From: Eledone cirrhosa
Taxonomy: Eukaryota
DNA length: 64,000 nt
Assembly (NCBI GenBank): GCA_964016885.1
Contig: OZ024743.1
Coordinates: 262,508,001 to 262,572,000, forward strand
Direction of reading: 5' to 3'
Position numbers and translations under genes: made by a program. Numbering within the stretch: position 1 is the stretch's first letter; each line of letters starts with the position of its first letter. Positions 49,746 to 62,573 of this stretch are shown here, piece after piece. The notes under the pieces are model-generated. The model did not search any database. It was not told the origin of the DNA and saw nothing but the letters and a program-made list of their open reading frames with translations.

Positions 49746-51496
49746 TATAATTATTTATTACAACTGATACAGATGGCCAGATACACATGCTTCATTGTTA
49801 ATTCATCAGTCCGGTTTCATTCCATATAAACATATAGCATATGATTTCATATACATCCCTATTATGCTTAACACTGTCTTATTGCTACTGCCACTTAATT
49901 ATAACCAGCCAAGTTTGCACTGTGTGCAAATGAGCTTTTCCAGCCAATGTTTTCTAATTGCTATATGCAAATGAGCATAGTGCGTTACCAGAATTGTTAG
50001 TGTTGTGTCATCAGGTAGCTTGTGGCATTTTGCTCTGAATGTTTGTCTTTTGAGTTCAAATCCTGCTGTTGGCTACTTAATCCATTGGTTAGTTTAACAA
50101 CACTACCTGGGCTTTGGTGGCTTTTAGCAGAACTCTCTCTGTTGCAAGCATTACGATGAGATATTTGGTTCAAGGATACCTTCTTCTCTCCTTCACACTT
50201 ATCTGGAAGCTCTTAAAAGAGCCATGGGCTCTATCCTTCTCTCCCTAATTAAACAGTAACAAAAAAAGTAGAACTGATATCTTTTTAGACAGTAAGGTAT
50301 TATCTTGTTAAGCCAGCCAGCCCATAGCTTTTTTCTAATGATACAGAAATTGCTAAAAATATATAGAAGTCTAATAAAAATAAACCGATCCAAATGAAGA
50401 GCTAATAGTTTACATAACTGTGGTTGACCTATGATCAAAGACAGGTAATTCAGCCATGATAATTTTATTTTATATTTAGTGTATACAAATGTGTCCTTTT
50501 TTAAGATGGCAGGGAGTAATTCCAGGACGGATTAGCTGCTATCTTTAGCAATTTGAATAAACATGCAGGTTCATGTTGTTTGGCTGAGCAAACCTATATA
50601 TGATGAAAAACATTCCTGCCATAACAGTTGTGCCATTCTTTTAGACATCATGTATCTAATTCAACATAGCCTTTGATATCATTATTTTAAGGTGGATTGG
50701 CAGTATCGGTAGAGGGTCAGACACCATTCTTTGATGCATAGAGTTACGGCCCTTGCCATTCTGAGTTCAAATCCCGCCGAGGTTAACTTTGCCTTTCATC
50801 CTTACGGGGTCGATAAAATAAAGTACCAGTAATGCACTGGATAATTGCTGGCCTTGTGCCAAAAGTAGAAACAAATTATTTTAAAGTCGATAGGCTGTGA
50901 ATTAAGGTAAAATTGGTTGCTACTTCTAACAGGTCAAGTGACTACATATAGGCACCATCATTGATTCATCCCTCTATAAATAATATACGTATGTGACAGG
51001 AAACAACAGCCAAAATATAAGGTAGGCACTTTTAAATGAACAGCTGAAACATAGAGTAGAAGTCATCATATACAACATATCTGATTATCTGATTCAGCAT
51101 TGAAAAATTTATAATTATGGATCTATATCTGTGTTATATTATATGTTCTTGGCAGACATCCACAACTTGACTTATGGGGTGGTTAAGTATATCACAGATG
51201 TAAATAGTGTTGAACTGTTAGCAATATGTCTATGTGTAGGTGTGTGCGTGTGTGTGCATGTGTGTGAGTGGGGGTGTTTAATCTTCAGTATCCTCAATGT
51301 GTGTATCCAGTTTGCAATAGCTACACCATATCCCTGCATGTTGTAAGAAGGGACTAAAAGGATTAGTGTCAAGAAGGGCATCCAGCTGTGAAACATTGTC
51401 TCAAAAGGTTCCATCCAACTCATGCCAATATAGAAAAGTCAAAGGAAAAATGATGAAGTGTGTATGTATGTATGTGTGTGTGTGTATGTATGTATG

Positions 51497-51566
<70 letters not shown>

Positions 51567-51570
<4 letters not shown>

Positions 51571-51838
51571 CTCCCCCCCACTGCAAGGTGGTCATGGAGG
51601 TGCCACGGCAAAAAAGCACCCAGCCCACACTGTAAAGTGGACGTGTAGGCGCCACGAAAAAGCACCCAGCACTCACTGTAAATGAGGTTGGTGTTAGGAA
51701 GGGCATCCAGCTGTAGAAATCAAGCCAAATCAGTTCCTGTATGAGCAAGGCATGGTCAGCCGACCAGACACTGCCCACAACAGGACAACCCGTCTAACTC
51801 ATGCTAGCGTGGAAGAACGGACGTAAAACGGTGATGAT
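51567..51838 (+). mobile_element. Young RTE 3'UTR-only insertion (also 60837-61149 (+), 62571-62905 (-))
   Basis: Nearly identical to 58460-58742. Confidence 0.92.
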
Positions 51839-51916
51839 ATATATCATCATCATTCATCATCATTTTACGTCCGCTTTTCCCTGCTTGCAAGGGTGGGACG
51901 GGAACTGATTATGGCT

Positions 51917-51956
<40 letters not shown>

Positions 51957-51964
51957 ACTTAATT

Positions 51965-52257
51965 TATTCTTGAAGGTCATTCATCACCCAAAATTTTCGT
52001 AAGCCGAAATTATTTTTCCCATCTGAAATATTGAGAGAGAAATACAATGGGAGACTGTGTGTGAAAGACAGATAGATACCACCATAGTTATTAACTGCAT
52101 AGCAAATGACACTTTCCCAATGATACTCCAAGATTGTTGCCAACTGTTGTTGCTGGCTTGCATGTTCTTTACTCAAGACACCATTTGGGAACCAAGAGGT
52201 TTTATGTTCGGAAAAATTGTTTGAGAAACATGATTCGTGAACCGAGGTTCCACTGTA
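51965..52257. mobile_element. Tigger/pogo-like MITE fragment
   Basis: Ends TTCGTGAACCGAGGTTCCACTG-TA, the reverse complement of a CAGTGGAACCTCGGTT-type TIR plus TA. Confidence 0.65.
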
Positions 52258-53229
52258 TATATATAACTTGAAGTTTGAAAGCCACGACAATGTGAAATGG
52301 ATGAATTAAGAAATCAAACGAAACAAGATGTTATGTGTTTTACCTTAATTTATTTATATGTCCTGATATTTTGAGGTCAAATCTTTTCTTCTGAGGGAAA
52401 TAAAAGGGACTAATCCAGTGTTCGTTGGAATGTGCTATACGATGCTGGTGCCATCTCATCATCATCATCACCATTTAACATCTATTTTCCATGCTTGCAT
52501 GGGTTAGATGGGTTGTAATGTTCTGCGGCAAGTTGGATCAGGTGATTATGTCTTGCTCATATGCTTCGTTTTTGACTTGGTTTCTATGGCTGGATGACCT
52601 TTCTAATGCCAACCACTTAACAGAACAGATGGAGAGCATTTTCTAATGACTTTGGCACTAGTTCCTTACAGGGTAGACTGAGTATTTTTGTCATGACACC
52701 AGCTCTACTGCCTTACAGGGTAGACTGGGTACTTTATGAGAATGCACTATCACTACTACCTTACAGGGTGGACTGTGTGCAGTTTAACATGACACCAGCA
52801 CTACCACTTTACATATTGGGCTGAGTGCACTTTATCATGGTACCAGCCCTACTTCATCACAACACTAGGTAGCTGGTTGTTTCCTTTGCTAAGCTGGGGA
52901 AGCAGTGATGGGAATGGGGGTGTAAGATGAGAGGGGAAGGCAGGCTACTTGGTACTTGCCCAGGATTCAAAATAGAGGCATATACGGGAGCTTATATAAT
53001 GTTTATGTATAATAAACTTACAGTCTCCTTGTGGGTAGTTTAAGCTGTGATTTTGTCACAGCTACCTCAGTAACCATATGAGATTGTTAAATAGTATAGC
53101 ATTTCAGGATCATTAAGCAGCTTCCAAAGTATATCATTTACAGCTGTGTCAATGGCACGACACCCTTTCTAATGCTAGTGACACAATAAATTGTACCCAG
53201 TACACTCTGTAAAGTAGAGCACACAACCT

Positions 53230-54250
53230 TAAAGGCCTGGCAACCTTCCTAGTGATAACTGCAAGGCAGTGTGTCAATATGATCAAGATTTTGGAGAATA
53301 GTGACAGGAATGATTCTAGTGTATTTAGCCTCAACGATGTTCAAACGAAAGAGGCATGGAAATGTTATTATGAGAGTTTGCTGAATGTGGAAAATGTGTG
53401 GGAGAATAAGGGACTACTCCCATAAACAAAACAGAGGGACCAGTAATTGAGGTTATCAGCTCCATTGTCAAAGGTCGTTATGGATAAGAAAAAGGGAAAA
53501 GCCATTAGTGATATCACTGCAATGCTAAAAATATCCAGTGATATAGGACTTTGGATGGTCAGTTGCAGCTAGGTAATACATGATAGGGTTATATCCAGTG
53601 ACTGGTATAGCATTACAGCCAGGTGATACATGTTGGGGTCATACCCAGTGAGTGGCATAGCATTACTGCTAGGTAATACATGATAGGGTCATACCCAATG
53701 ACTGATTAGTTGTATCTAGGTAATACATGGTGGGGTCATACCCAGTGACTGGCATAGAATTACTGCTAGGTAATACATGATTGTCATACCAAGTGGAAGG
53801 CATATCAGTATAGTCAGGTAATACATTTTGGGGTCATACCCAGTGACTGGCATAGCAATATAACTAGGTAATACATGATAGGGTCATACACTGTGTCTGG
53901 TTTGTATTACTACTAGGTAATACATAGTGGGGTCATACCCAGTAAAAGGCATAGCATTACCGCAAGGAAATAGATGATGGGGTCATACTCAGTGAAAGGT
54001 ATATCATTATAATCATTAATGAAAAGGTGATGCTCTGCAAAAGAGCTATTACAGATATATCAGAATGTTGAATCAAGTTATGAAAATAGAAAGTGTTTTA
54101 AAATATGATTAATTGAGATGCAGTTTGGATTTATGCCAGGATAGAGTACTACCAATGCCCTTTTCTTAGTAAGACAACTACAAAAGAAGTTCTTAACTAA
54201 GAGTAAGCAACTATATTTAGCTTTTGTTGAGCTGGAGAAGGCCTTTAACA
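53230..54250 (+). mobile_element. Decayed RTE fragment containing an internal tandem amplification (about 9 x 50 bp, 53571-54010)
   Basis: KEAWKCYYESLLNVENVWE upstream and EMQFGFMPG*STTNALFLVRQLQKK...LYLAFVELEKAF downstream. The repeat unit encodes QVIH.GVIPS.WHS. Confidence 0.9.
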
Positions 54251-56182
54251 ATAGCATGTAATGGATATAAAAATGATGATGATGATATATATATACACAC
54301 ATGTACTTGACTGTTACGGTGTGTTTACAAGCACTATCATGTAGACTTTATATTCAGCTTTAATTAAAGGCAATCTTCTCAGTGGGACAGAAGTAATAAC
54401 AATAATTACAAATGTATGAAGGAAATATAGTTTCTTTTGAAGATCAGAATAAGACCATCTTTCATCAGTTATTTTTATTACTTACAGATAATGTCTCATT
54501 TGTTTGAAAAGACTCACACATCCCACTCATAATTTCTTCTTCATATTGTAGCATAAACATTAAAAGGAAATATTTTTACTCTTCAAGTCCTTAAATATAA
54601 TTAGATATGGTTTTTTATCTTTTTAAAATTATCACTTAGGAAAAGGTCTTGGTTTCTACAGCTGGATGCTCTTCCTAGCCAACCACATTACAGGGTGTAT
54701 TGGGAGCAATTAAAGTGGCACCAGCATGGATACCTTATAGAGTACAGAGTAGACTGGGTGTTTTTTTCATGCCATCAGCACTGGGAGAGCAAGTGAGGGA
54801 TGTGTCTGATTGACCATGCATGGGTTGGATAGGAAAGGTGTATCAGGAGTGGTGGAGGGGAGAGGGGGAGCATAGCAACATAATTCTTAGTCATCTACTT
54901 ACTCCATACCTACCTAGGCCAGATTGGCTGTCATACTCAGTCACTAGCTGAGACAGGAAACCATATCTAATTCATTGTGTTCTTGTTTTGACCAGGCATT
55001 TTGTTGTGGTCATCATTCGTTTGGAAAGACTCACAATCTCGTTCACAATTTTTTCTTTATATCATGGCATAAACATAAAAAGGAAATATTTTTACTATTT
55101 AAATCCAATAAGATAAGCATTAGAAATAATCTTTTTTTTACTTAGTCAGGAAGAAGGTCTGTGCTCATGAGAATAAACAAAGAAAAGCTGGTTTCCAAAC
55201 ATCTGCATGGTGCTAATTACTGTAAGGTACAGGTGAATCTGAAGAAGGCACCTGTATTCCTAAACTATATTGTTATAACTATGAAATTCCCTGACATTAT
55301 GGCATGCTCTGACTTGACAAAAGCAGTTTTGGTTGCTGAGGTAACAGTGTCTTGAGAAGGCAATATGGAGTGGGGGCATAAAAGAAAGAGCCTAAAATAC
55401 AAAGAACATAATTACTATATGATGTTATACCATATGAGCTTGATCTAACTTCATTAGATTTTGTTTATATAATATTATTATGAACAGTAAAATTTATTTA
55501 AGCCAACATTTTGAGCCCTCCCCCCTATTTTTCTTCTTTTGTTTTTCTCTCTTTTATGCATTTATATTTGTGTTTATCAATGATATTATATTTGTAATAT
55601 TCTTCTGAACGAATTGCGAGCAATTTATAATGTTATTTATGCCTTTGTAATGTAATTTATGTATATATTTAAAACATATTTGTAATGTTATTTATACAAC
55701 TGTGAATAAAATCTCTCCTGTACAAGATTATATTCCTTGAAAGTATTGAATTAAAAGCAATTGAAATTTTAAAGATACTTCTAAATAGTTCAGGTAGAAA
55801 ATTTTTAGCTTGAGTCACATTATTTGAATGATAAATGAAAGGTTATTTGTTTACCTATCAGCTTAAGCAGGCCTTATTAAATTTTGTTCATATAACATTA
55901 TTGCGAATAACATTTAATTAGGTGAACATTTTGAGCTATTAAGTTGAAAGAAATGTATATTACTTGAAGCATAGTAAACTGAAGATATTCAAAATTGTCA
56001 ATAGTTCAAATGCAAATTTGTTGACCTTAGTTAAACTTTTGGGGTCAAGCAAACACTATAAGCTAAGAATGAACAGAATGTTCTGAGATATTTCTTGTTT
56101 GTCTGAAACAGACATTTGGCATACTTACACTGAACCTAGGTAGTCTGAGTACTGGAGTCACCACTGATATATATATATATAT

Positions 56183-56950
56183 ATAAAATATATGGAGAAA
56201 AGGATTGGCTGTGTAGTTGCTAGTTAAAATGGAGTGAGAATAAGAAGAAAGCAAGAACGGGGAGGGGGGGGGTCCTCATCAGTTGTCTACTGGGGGTCTC
56301 GGATATTTCCACGCTTTAAAGACAAGATATTTACTGCCCAGAGCGTTCAATAACTGGGTAAGTTATTGGGAAAACGGAGGAGGGAGGGAAGGAAAATAGA
56401 AGGGTAAAGGGAAGAAAAGAGAAAACAGCCAAAAAAACAAACAAGCCGATCAATGTGCGAGCAACTTAAGATAAGAGAACTTAAGTTCAAGAGTGTGTAG
56501 GCGAGTGAAAAGACACGTCTGACCCCAGCGAGTGTAAGTGAGAAAAGGACTGCTAGAAGGTCAGGTGAGGGAAACAATGAGGTGGCTAGCAGAGAGAGGA
56601 TGAGTGAAAGTGAGAGGGAGAAAGGGAGAGGAAGAAAGAGGGGTAAGAATAGATAGTAACGAAATAGGTAGGTAGAAGGAGAGAGAAGACTGGTCACAGC
56701 GAAACATGATAAAATATATGGAGAATAGGATTGGCTGTGTAGTTGCTATTTAAGGTAGCTTAAAATGGAGTGTTCATTTTCCTTCCCTCTCTCCTTCATT
56801 TTCCCAATAACTTACCCAGTTATTGAATGCTCTGGGCGGTAGATATCTTGTCTTTAAAGCGTGGAAATATCCAACACCCCCAGTAGACAACTGATGAGGA
56901 AAACTCCCCCCGTTCTTGCTTTCTTCTTATTCTCACTCCATCTTAAGCTA
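56183..56950. mobile_element. Non-coding element with terminal direct repeat plus ~178-bp inverted duplication (PLE pseudo-LTR-like), flanked by (TA)n
   Basis: 56183-56236 is repeated at 56709-56772. 56221-56398 is inverted at 56773-56950. Confidence 0.7.
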
Positions 56951-57024
56951 TATATATATATATTGTTGTGTGTGCATTCCAACATATAGCATGGAAAATG
57001 GAATTTAAACGATGATGATGATGA

Positions 57025-57081
<57 letters not shown>

Positions 57082-57083
<2 letters not shown>

Positions 57084-58742
57084 GGTGAATATAGACGAGA
57101 TGCAATTTGGGTTTGTTCCAGGGAAAGGCACCACTGATGCGCTCTTCCTTGTGAGGCAATTACAGGAAAAGTACCTAGCTAAAAGTAAGCCACTCTACTT
57201 GGCATTTGTCGACCTTGAGAAAGCCTTTGACAGAGTTCCACGTGCAGTAATCTGGTCGGCTCTTAGAAAACTAGGAGTAGATGAATGGCTTGTGAAAGCG
57301 GTACAAGCCATGTATAGGGGAGCAGTCAGCAAAGTTAGGATTGGCAATGAGTATAGCGAGGAATTTAGCGTACAGGTTGGGGTCCACCAGGGCTCTGTTC
57401 TTAGCCCTCTCCTGTTCATCATAGTCCTGCAGGCAATAACGGAGGAGTTTAAGACTGGATGCCCATGGGAACTCCTGTATGCTGATGACCTCGCACTCAT
57501 AGCTGAATCTATGGTAGAACTAGAGAATAAATTCCAAACCTGGAAGCAGGGACTAGAGAGAAAGGGCCTCAAAGTCAACATGACAAAGACTAAGGTCCTT
57601 ATAAGTAGACGAGAAAACAGAACCCAGATCCCCTCAGGGAAATGGCCTTGCTCAGTATGTAGGAAAGGTGTAGGTAGGAACTCCATTCTTTGCCCCAAAT
57701 GCAAACAATGGGTACACAAGAGATGTAGCGGGATCTCAGGAAGCTTAATTAAGAATGTAGGATTCACATGCAGCAGCTGTGCTGAAACAGCAAGCAAACA
57801 GCCACAGGAAACAAGTACCACCAATCTCTGGGAGGGCCCTGTAGAAACAGTAGACAGCTTCTGCTACCTAGGTGACCGAATTAGCAACGGAGGTGGGTGC
57901 TCAGAAAGTACAATAACTAGGGTAAGAACGGGATGGAAGAAGTTTAGGGAACTACTACCACTGCTAGCTGCAAAAGGCTTCTCCCTCAGAATGAAAGGCA
58001 GACTGTATGATGCGTGTATCCGAACAGCGATGTTGCATGGTAGTGAGACCTGGGCGCTGAAGGTGGAAGACTTACGTAGATTAGAGAGAAACGAAGCCTG
58101 CATGCTCCGATGGATGTGTAACAGTAATATACGTGAACGACAAAGCATAAATGAATTGAGAGAGAGACTGAGCATAAGAGGAATCAAATGCTGCGTGCAG
58201 GAGAGGCGGTTACGCTGGTATGGACATGTGATGCGTATGAAGGATGACAGCTGCATAAAAAGGTGCAGAGCACTAGAAGTTGATGGAAACCGCGGAGTGG
58301 GGAGACCCAAGATGACTTGGGATGAGATGATAAAAGCCGACCTTACCCAACTACACCTCTCAAAGTCAATGACACACGACCGTGACTTCTGGCGTCACGC
58401 AGTAATACAGGGTACCCGACCTCCCATGGGTACATGCTGAAGCATATAAACAATATGCCCCCCCCCCCCCACCGCAAGGTGGTCGTGGAGGTGCCACGGC
58501 AAAAAAGCACCCAGCCCACACTGTAAAGTGGACGTGTAGGCGCCACGAAAAAGCACCCAGCACTCACTGTAAATGAGGTTGGTGTTAGGAAGGGCATCCA
58601 GCTGTAGAAATCAAGCCAGATCAGTTCCTGTATGAGCAAGGCATGGTCAGCCGACCAGACACTGCCCACAACAGGACAACCCGTCTAACCCATGCTAGCG
58701 TGGAAGAACGGACGTAAAACGGTGATGATGATGATGATGATG
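57082..58742 (+). mobile_element. Young 5'-truncated RTE-clade LINE, ORF uninterrupted to stop at 58440
   Basis: QFGF, FVDLEKAFDRVP, GVHQGSVLSPLLF, LLYADD, PHD finger, FCYLG, RRLRWYGHVMRM, GRPKMTW, followed by a 3'UTR and (GAT)n. It sits in (TA)n. Confidence 0.97.
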
Positions 58743-59186
58743 ATATATATATATTCATGTTCATATTTATTGTTCCATGCTAGTATGAATTAGACAGGAT
58801 GTTTTAAGGCAGTGTTTTACAGCTGGATGCTCTTACTGATACCAACCTTTTTAGCTGTATGACATGTATGAATATATTGTACTCATTCAAATAGTTGACA
58901 TACACATGGTTTTATATATATATATATCTCCATGTATGTATGTCTTTTGGTAGTGTTCCTTATGTATATGTAACTGTTAGCTTCACCAAGTACATCACAC
59001 CTACTCTCCATATACTTATATGATTATAGATAATATGATTGCATGTATGAGAAAAAGAGAGAGAATAAAAGCTGAATAAAGTTGTAGGGTGAGATGGAGA
59101 AATTTGAGAGACAAGTAATAAAATATAGAGACACTAGGAGCTAAGTGGAAATACGAAGGACAAAAAAGAAAGAGAGTGAGAGGGCA

Positions 59187-59221
<35 letters not shown>

Positions 59222-60294
59222 AGAAAGGGGATCTGAGAGAAAAAAGAAAAGAATATGAAAAAAATAGAAAGAGGATATACAAGCTAGTGAGAGAATATGA
59301 GAGAGATAGTGAGAATGAAAGCAAGAGATTGAAACTCTAAGAGGCAAAAATATATTTAAAAAAAAAAAAAAACACCTTACAGTCATAATCTTTGATGGAT
59401 CGGCCCAAGAGTGTGTTTGATGGAGCAGTAGATGTGGAGTGGAGGAGTTGAAAATAATGGTGATGACACAATATGTTATTCTGTTAGAAATGGTGAAGTG
59501 TTTCAAGATGAAATAAAATAGAATATTCTTTACATCGGTTTTTTTTTGTTTTGTTTTGTTTATTTGTTTTCTTTCATAAATCTAATAGAAACCATATTGG
59601 AATATCTCTCTTCTCTTTTGTGAATGAGATGACAACTTTAGATGAAGTAGTTGGATTATAGCAAAACATTTTTTTTTTAGAAATGCTGTGTGAGTGAGTG
59701 AGTGTGTGTGACTGTCTCTCTCTGTGTCTTGTGTGTGTGTGTCTGTGTGCATGTATCTGTGTGTGTTTAGCTCCTCTTTTATCCACAATCATATTCCTGT
59801 TTGCATTAAAATAACAGAGATTATGTGAAATAGCTTGGAGGTTTCCTGTTAAGATTGATCACAATAATGATTAATAGGATTAAATTCAGGATGAAACTTC
59901 CGAGCTCCTAAGACAATAATCAATTTTTAGCCGGCTTAATAAATATTATACTCAACTATGTTAAAAATTGATGTTACTTCTTTATTCAACTTACTGATAT
60001 TTTTTGTTCTCTTAAACAAGCACACATTATATAGTACATTATATATATAGTACATGACTGTTACGGTGTGTTTTCAAGCAATATCATGGTGGATTGGCAG
60101 TATCGGTAGAGGGTCGGACGCCATGCTTTGACACATAGAGTTACGGCCCTTGCCATTCTGAGTTCAAATCCCGCCGAGGTTAACTTTGCCTTTCATCCTT
60201 ACGGGGGTCGATTAAATAAAGTACCAGTAAGGTACTGGGTAATTGCTGGCCTTGTGCCAAACGTAGAAACAATTATATATATAGTACATACATA

Positions 60295-60605
60295 CAGAGG
60301 CATAACTAGGGAAAATAGTGCCTATGGCAAGCAGTGAAATTGCACCCTTGCCCAGCACTGTATTTTTACATATGGGCCTAATAATTTATATAAATGGTTT
60401 AATGATCCAGCCACCAAAGTGTTCTCATCCATGAAAATCAGAAACAGATCATTCATCTGAAGTTTCTTTTTTCACTCTCCAACGAGGCTTATTTGACTTT
60501 AATAGAATGTACTCCTAGTCCAAGTGGTGGCCATTTCATGTGACGCCCCCTTTATGTGGAGCCCATGGCACATGCTATGTTTGTCATGCCCTAGTTATGC
60601 CTCTG
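60295..60605. mobile_element. hAT-type MITE
   Basis: Perfect 17-bp TIR CAGAGGCATAACTAGGG / CCCTAGTTATGCCTCTG, with the 8-bp direct repeat CATACATA on both sides (low-complexity context). Confidence 0.85.
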
Positions 60606-61270
60606 CATACATACATACTTTATGAAGGGCAACACTGAGTCTTCTTATTTTGGAGTTTCTCCTGTGTACTTAGACTAAAAAGAGTCAAATTTAATAAAGT
60701 CTATAATAATCTCTACTATGGTACTGAGTACTCATTCTTTTGATCAGCAATGATAAGTGTGTGTGCCTATTGTATATATAAATGACAGGATTCTGTCATT
60801 ACAACAGCAGAGGTTCGACAAGCTTTTGATCCCAGAGTACATGCTGAAGCATATAAACAATATGCGCCCACACCCTCCACCGCAAGGTGGTCGTGGAGGT
60901 GCCACGGCAAAAAAGCACCCAGCCCACACTGTAAAGTGGACGTATAGGCACCACGAAAAAGCACCCAGCACTCACTGTAAATGAGGTTGGTGTTAGGAAG
61001 GGCATCCAGCTGTAGAAATCAAGCCAGATCAGTTCCTGTATGAGCAAGGCATGGTCAGCCGACCAGACACTGCACACAACAGGGCAACCCGTCTAACCCA
61101 TGCTAGCGTGGAAGAACGGACGTAAAACAGTGATGATGATGATGATGATGAGTCAGGCCAGATCGATACAGATTGAACCTTGAGCTGATCAATAGCGAAA
61201 GGCGTGTCACCAATCAATAAACGTAATGAAGGCTTAACAAATTGTCCTTGTATTATATAATTATATATAT

Positions 61271-61483
61271 ATAACATAAAAAAAGATGCTGATATTACAT
61301 AAATCGTTTATTCATTATAATTATTTCAATGGTTCCCTTATGCAATCCAAGATGTAATATATGAATTTGTTATTGGTATGGGAGTGATACAAACAACAAA
61401 TGCATATATTACATCTTGGATTGCATATGGGATTTATGTAATATCAACGATTTATGTAATATCAACATCTTTTTTAATGTTAT
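61271..61483. repeat. Fold-back (MITE-like) element with two nested pairs of inverted arms
   Basis: Outer arms ATAACATAAAAAAAGATGCTGATATTACATAAATCG / CGATTTATGTAATATCAACATCTTTTTTAATGTTAT. Inner arms CCCTTATGCAATCCAAGATGTAATATATGAATTTGTT / AACAAATGCATATATTACATCTTGGATTGCATATGGG. Confidence 0.85.
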
Positions 61484-62528
61484 TCTTATACTGAATCTTC
61501 ATTGTAACTACACACTACAAATGTAGAGAGCTTTCTCCTGCTTACTCCTGTTTTTTACCAAAACAACTTTTACTGAAAACACACACACACAGATATATAT
61601 CTATATATCTATATATTCATATTATTTAATTGATTCTGAATGAAATGAAAAGATAGATGATGCTGTGATAATCTGGTGTTAAAATGTAGACAAAAGAAGC
61701 AGAAGAGTGTAAAGAGATTTACTATTACACATTGTCTGCCATTGTATGTTACCTTTATCTTCATCATCATTGTTACTGTTTCAGCTGAATTTATACAGAG
61801 ACAGCTGCTGTATTATGCATGATATACTATTAATTTTTTTTCTGGTTTCAGACATTAGAGTGCAGTCATGCCAGGTCATCATCCTTCACATAACTCATGT
61901 ATCATGAATAATAATGCTATTATCCTTTTACTACTTTCAGACATTATAGTGTGGTCATATATATATATATATTTATTTATTTATGTTAGGTCACTCTTCA
62001 GCACTACTGGTAACATGTAACCAAGTACAACCTGTACATGGTTGGGTTGTCAGCAACTAAACTGGCAACCCCACCAAGCTTGCTTGGTGAGGAGAGTGAT
62101 TTTGGACACCCTGCAGGATGAAAAACAAAACTCGTCAAAGGGCGGAGAAACTCAGGAGAGTCAATGGCCTTCCAATAAAGTTTTTTTTTTGGTGAAGAGA
62201 GAAAACTCCTTGCCTTCATTAAGACATCTGTGTAGGAGAAGGTCACTCTGATATGAACCCTGCAACTTTGTTTGCATCCAATGATGTAGACCAGTTCTAC
62301 TTTTTGGGTAAATGCATTCGATGTTCAGAGAGTGGGATTAGTCCTATGCAAAAGCCTTTCCTCACTTAAAAAAAGCTTCAAGCGCAGGCATCACTTGATA
62401 TGTGACATTTTTGCGATGCATTTACTCGCTGGCCATAGATTAGAAGCCACGTTCATGATGCTCATTCTTAAGTATCAAGTGATGGCATTATTCTAAATCG
62501 AGTTGCAGCCATCATATATATATATATT

Positions 62529-62573
<45 letters not shown>

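Noticed and set aside
57028-57081. N-terminus MCVYIYIY... of the 470-aa ORF
   Set aside because: This is (TA)n read in frame with a 5'-truncated RTE and is not a real start.
56129-59480. Spliced peptide ...RSIKDYD|LVTPVLRLPRFS resembling an ADAMTS-type propeptide start
   Set aside because: The second acceptor is preceded only by (TA)n, the similarity covers a few residues, and no further exons were found.
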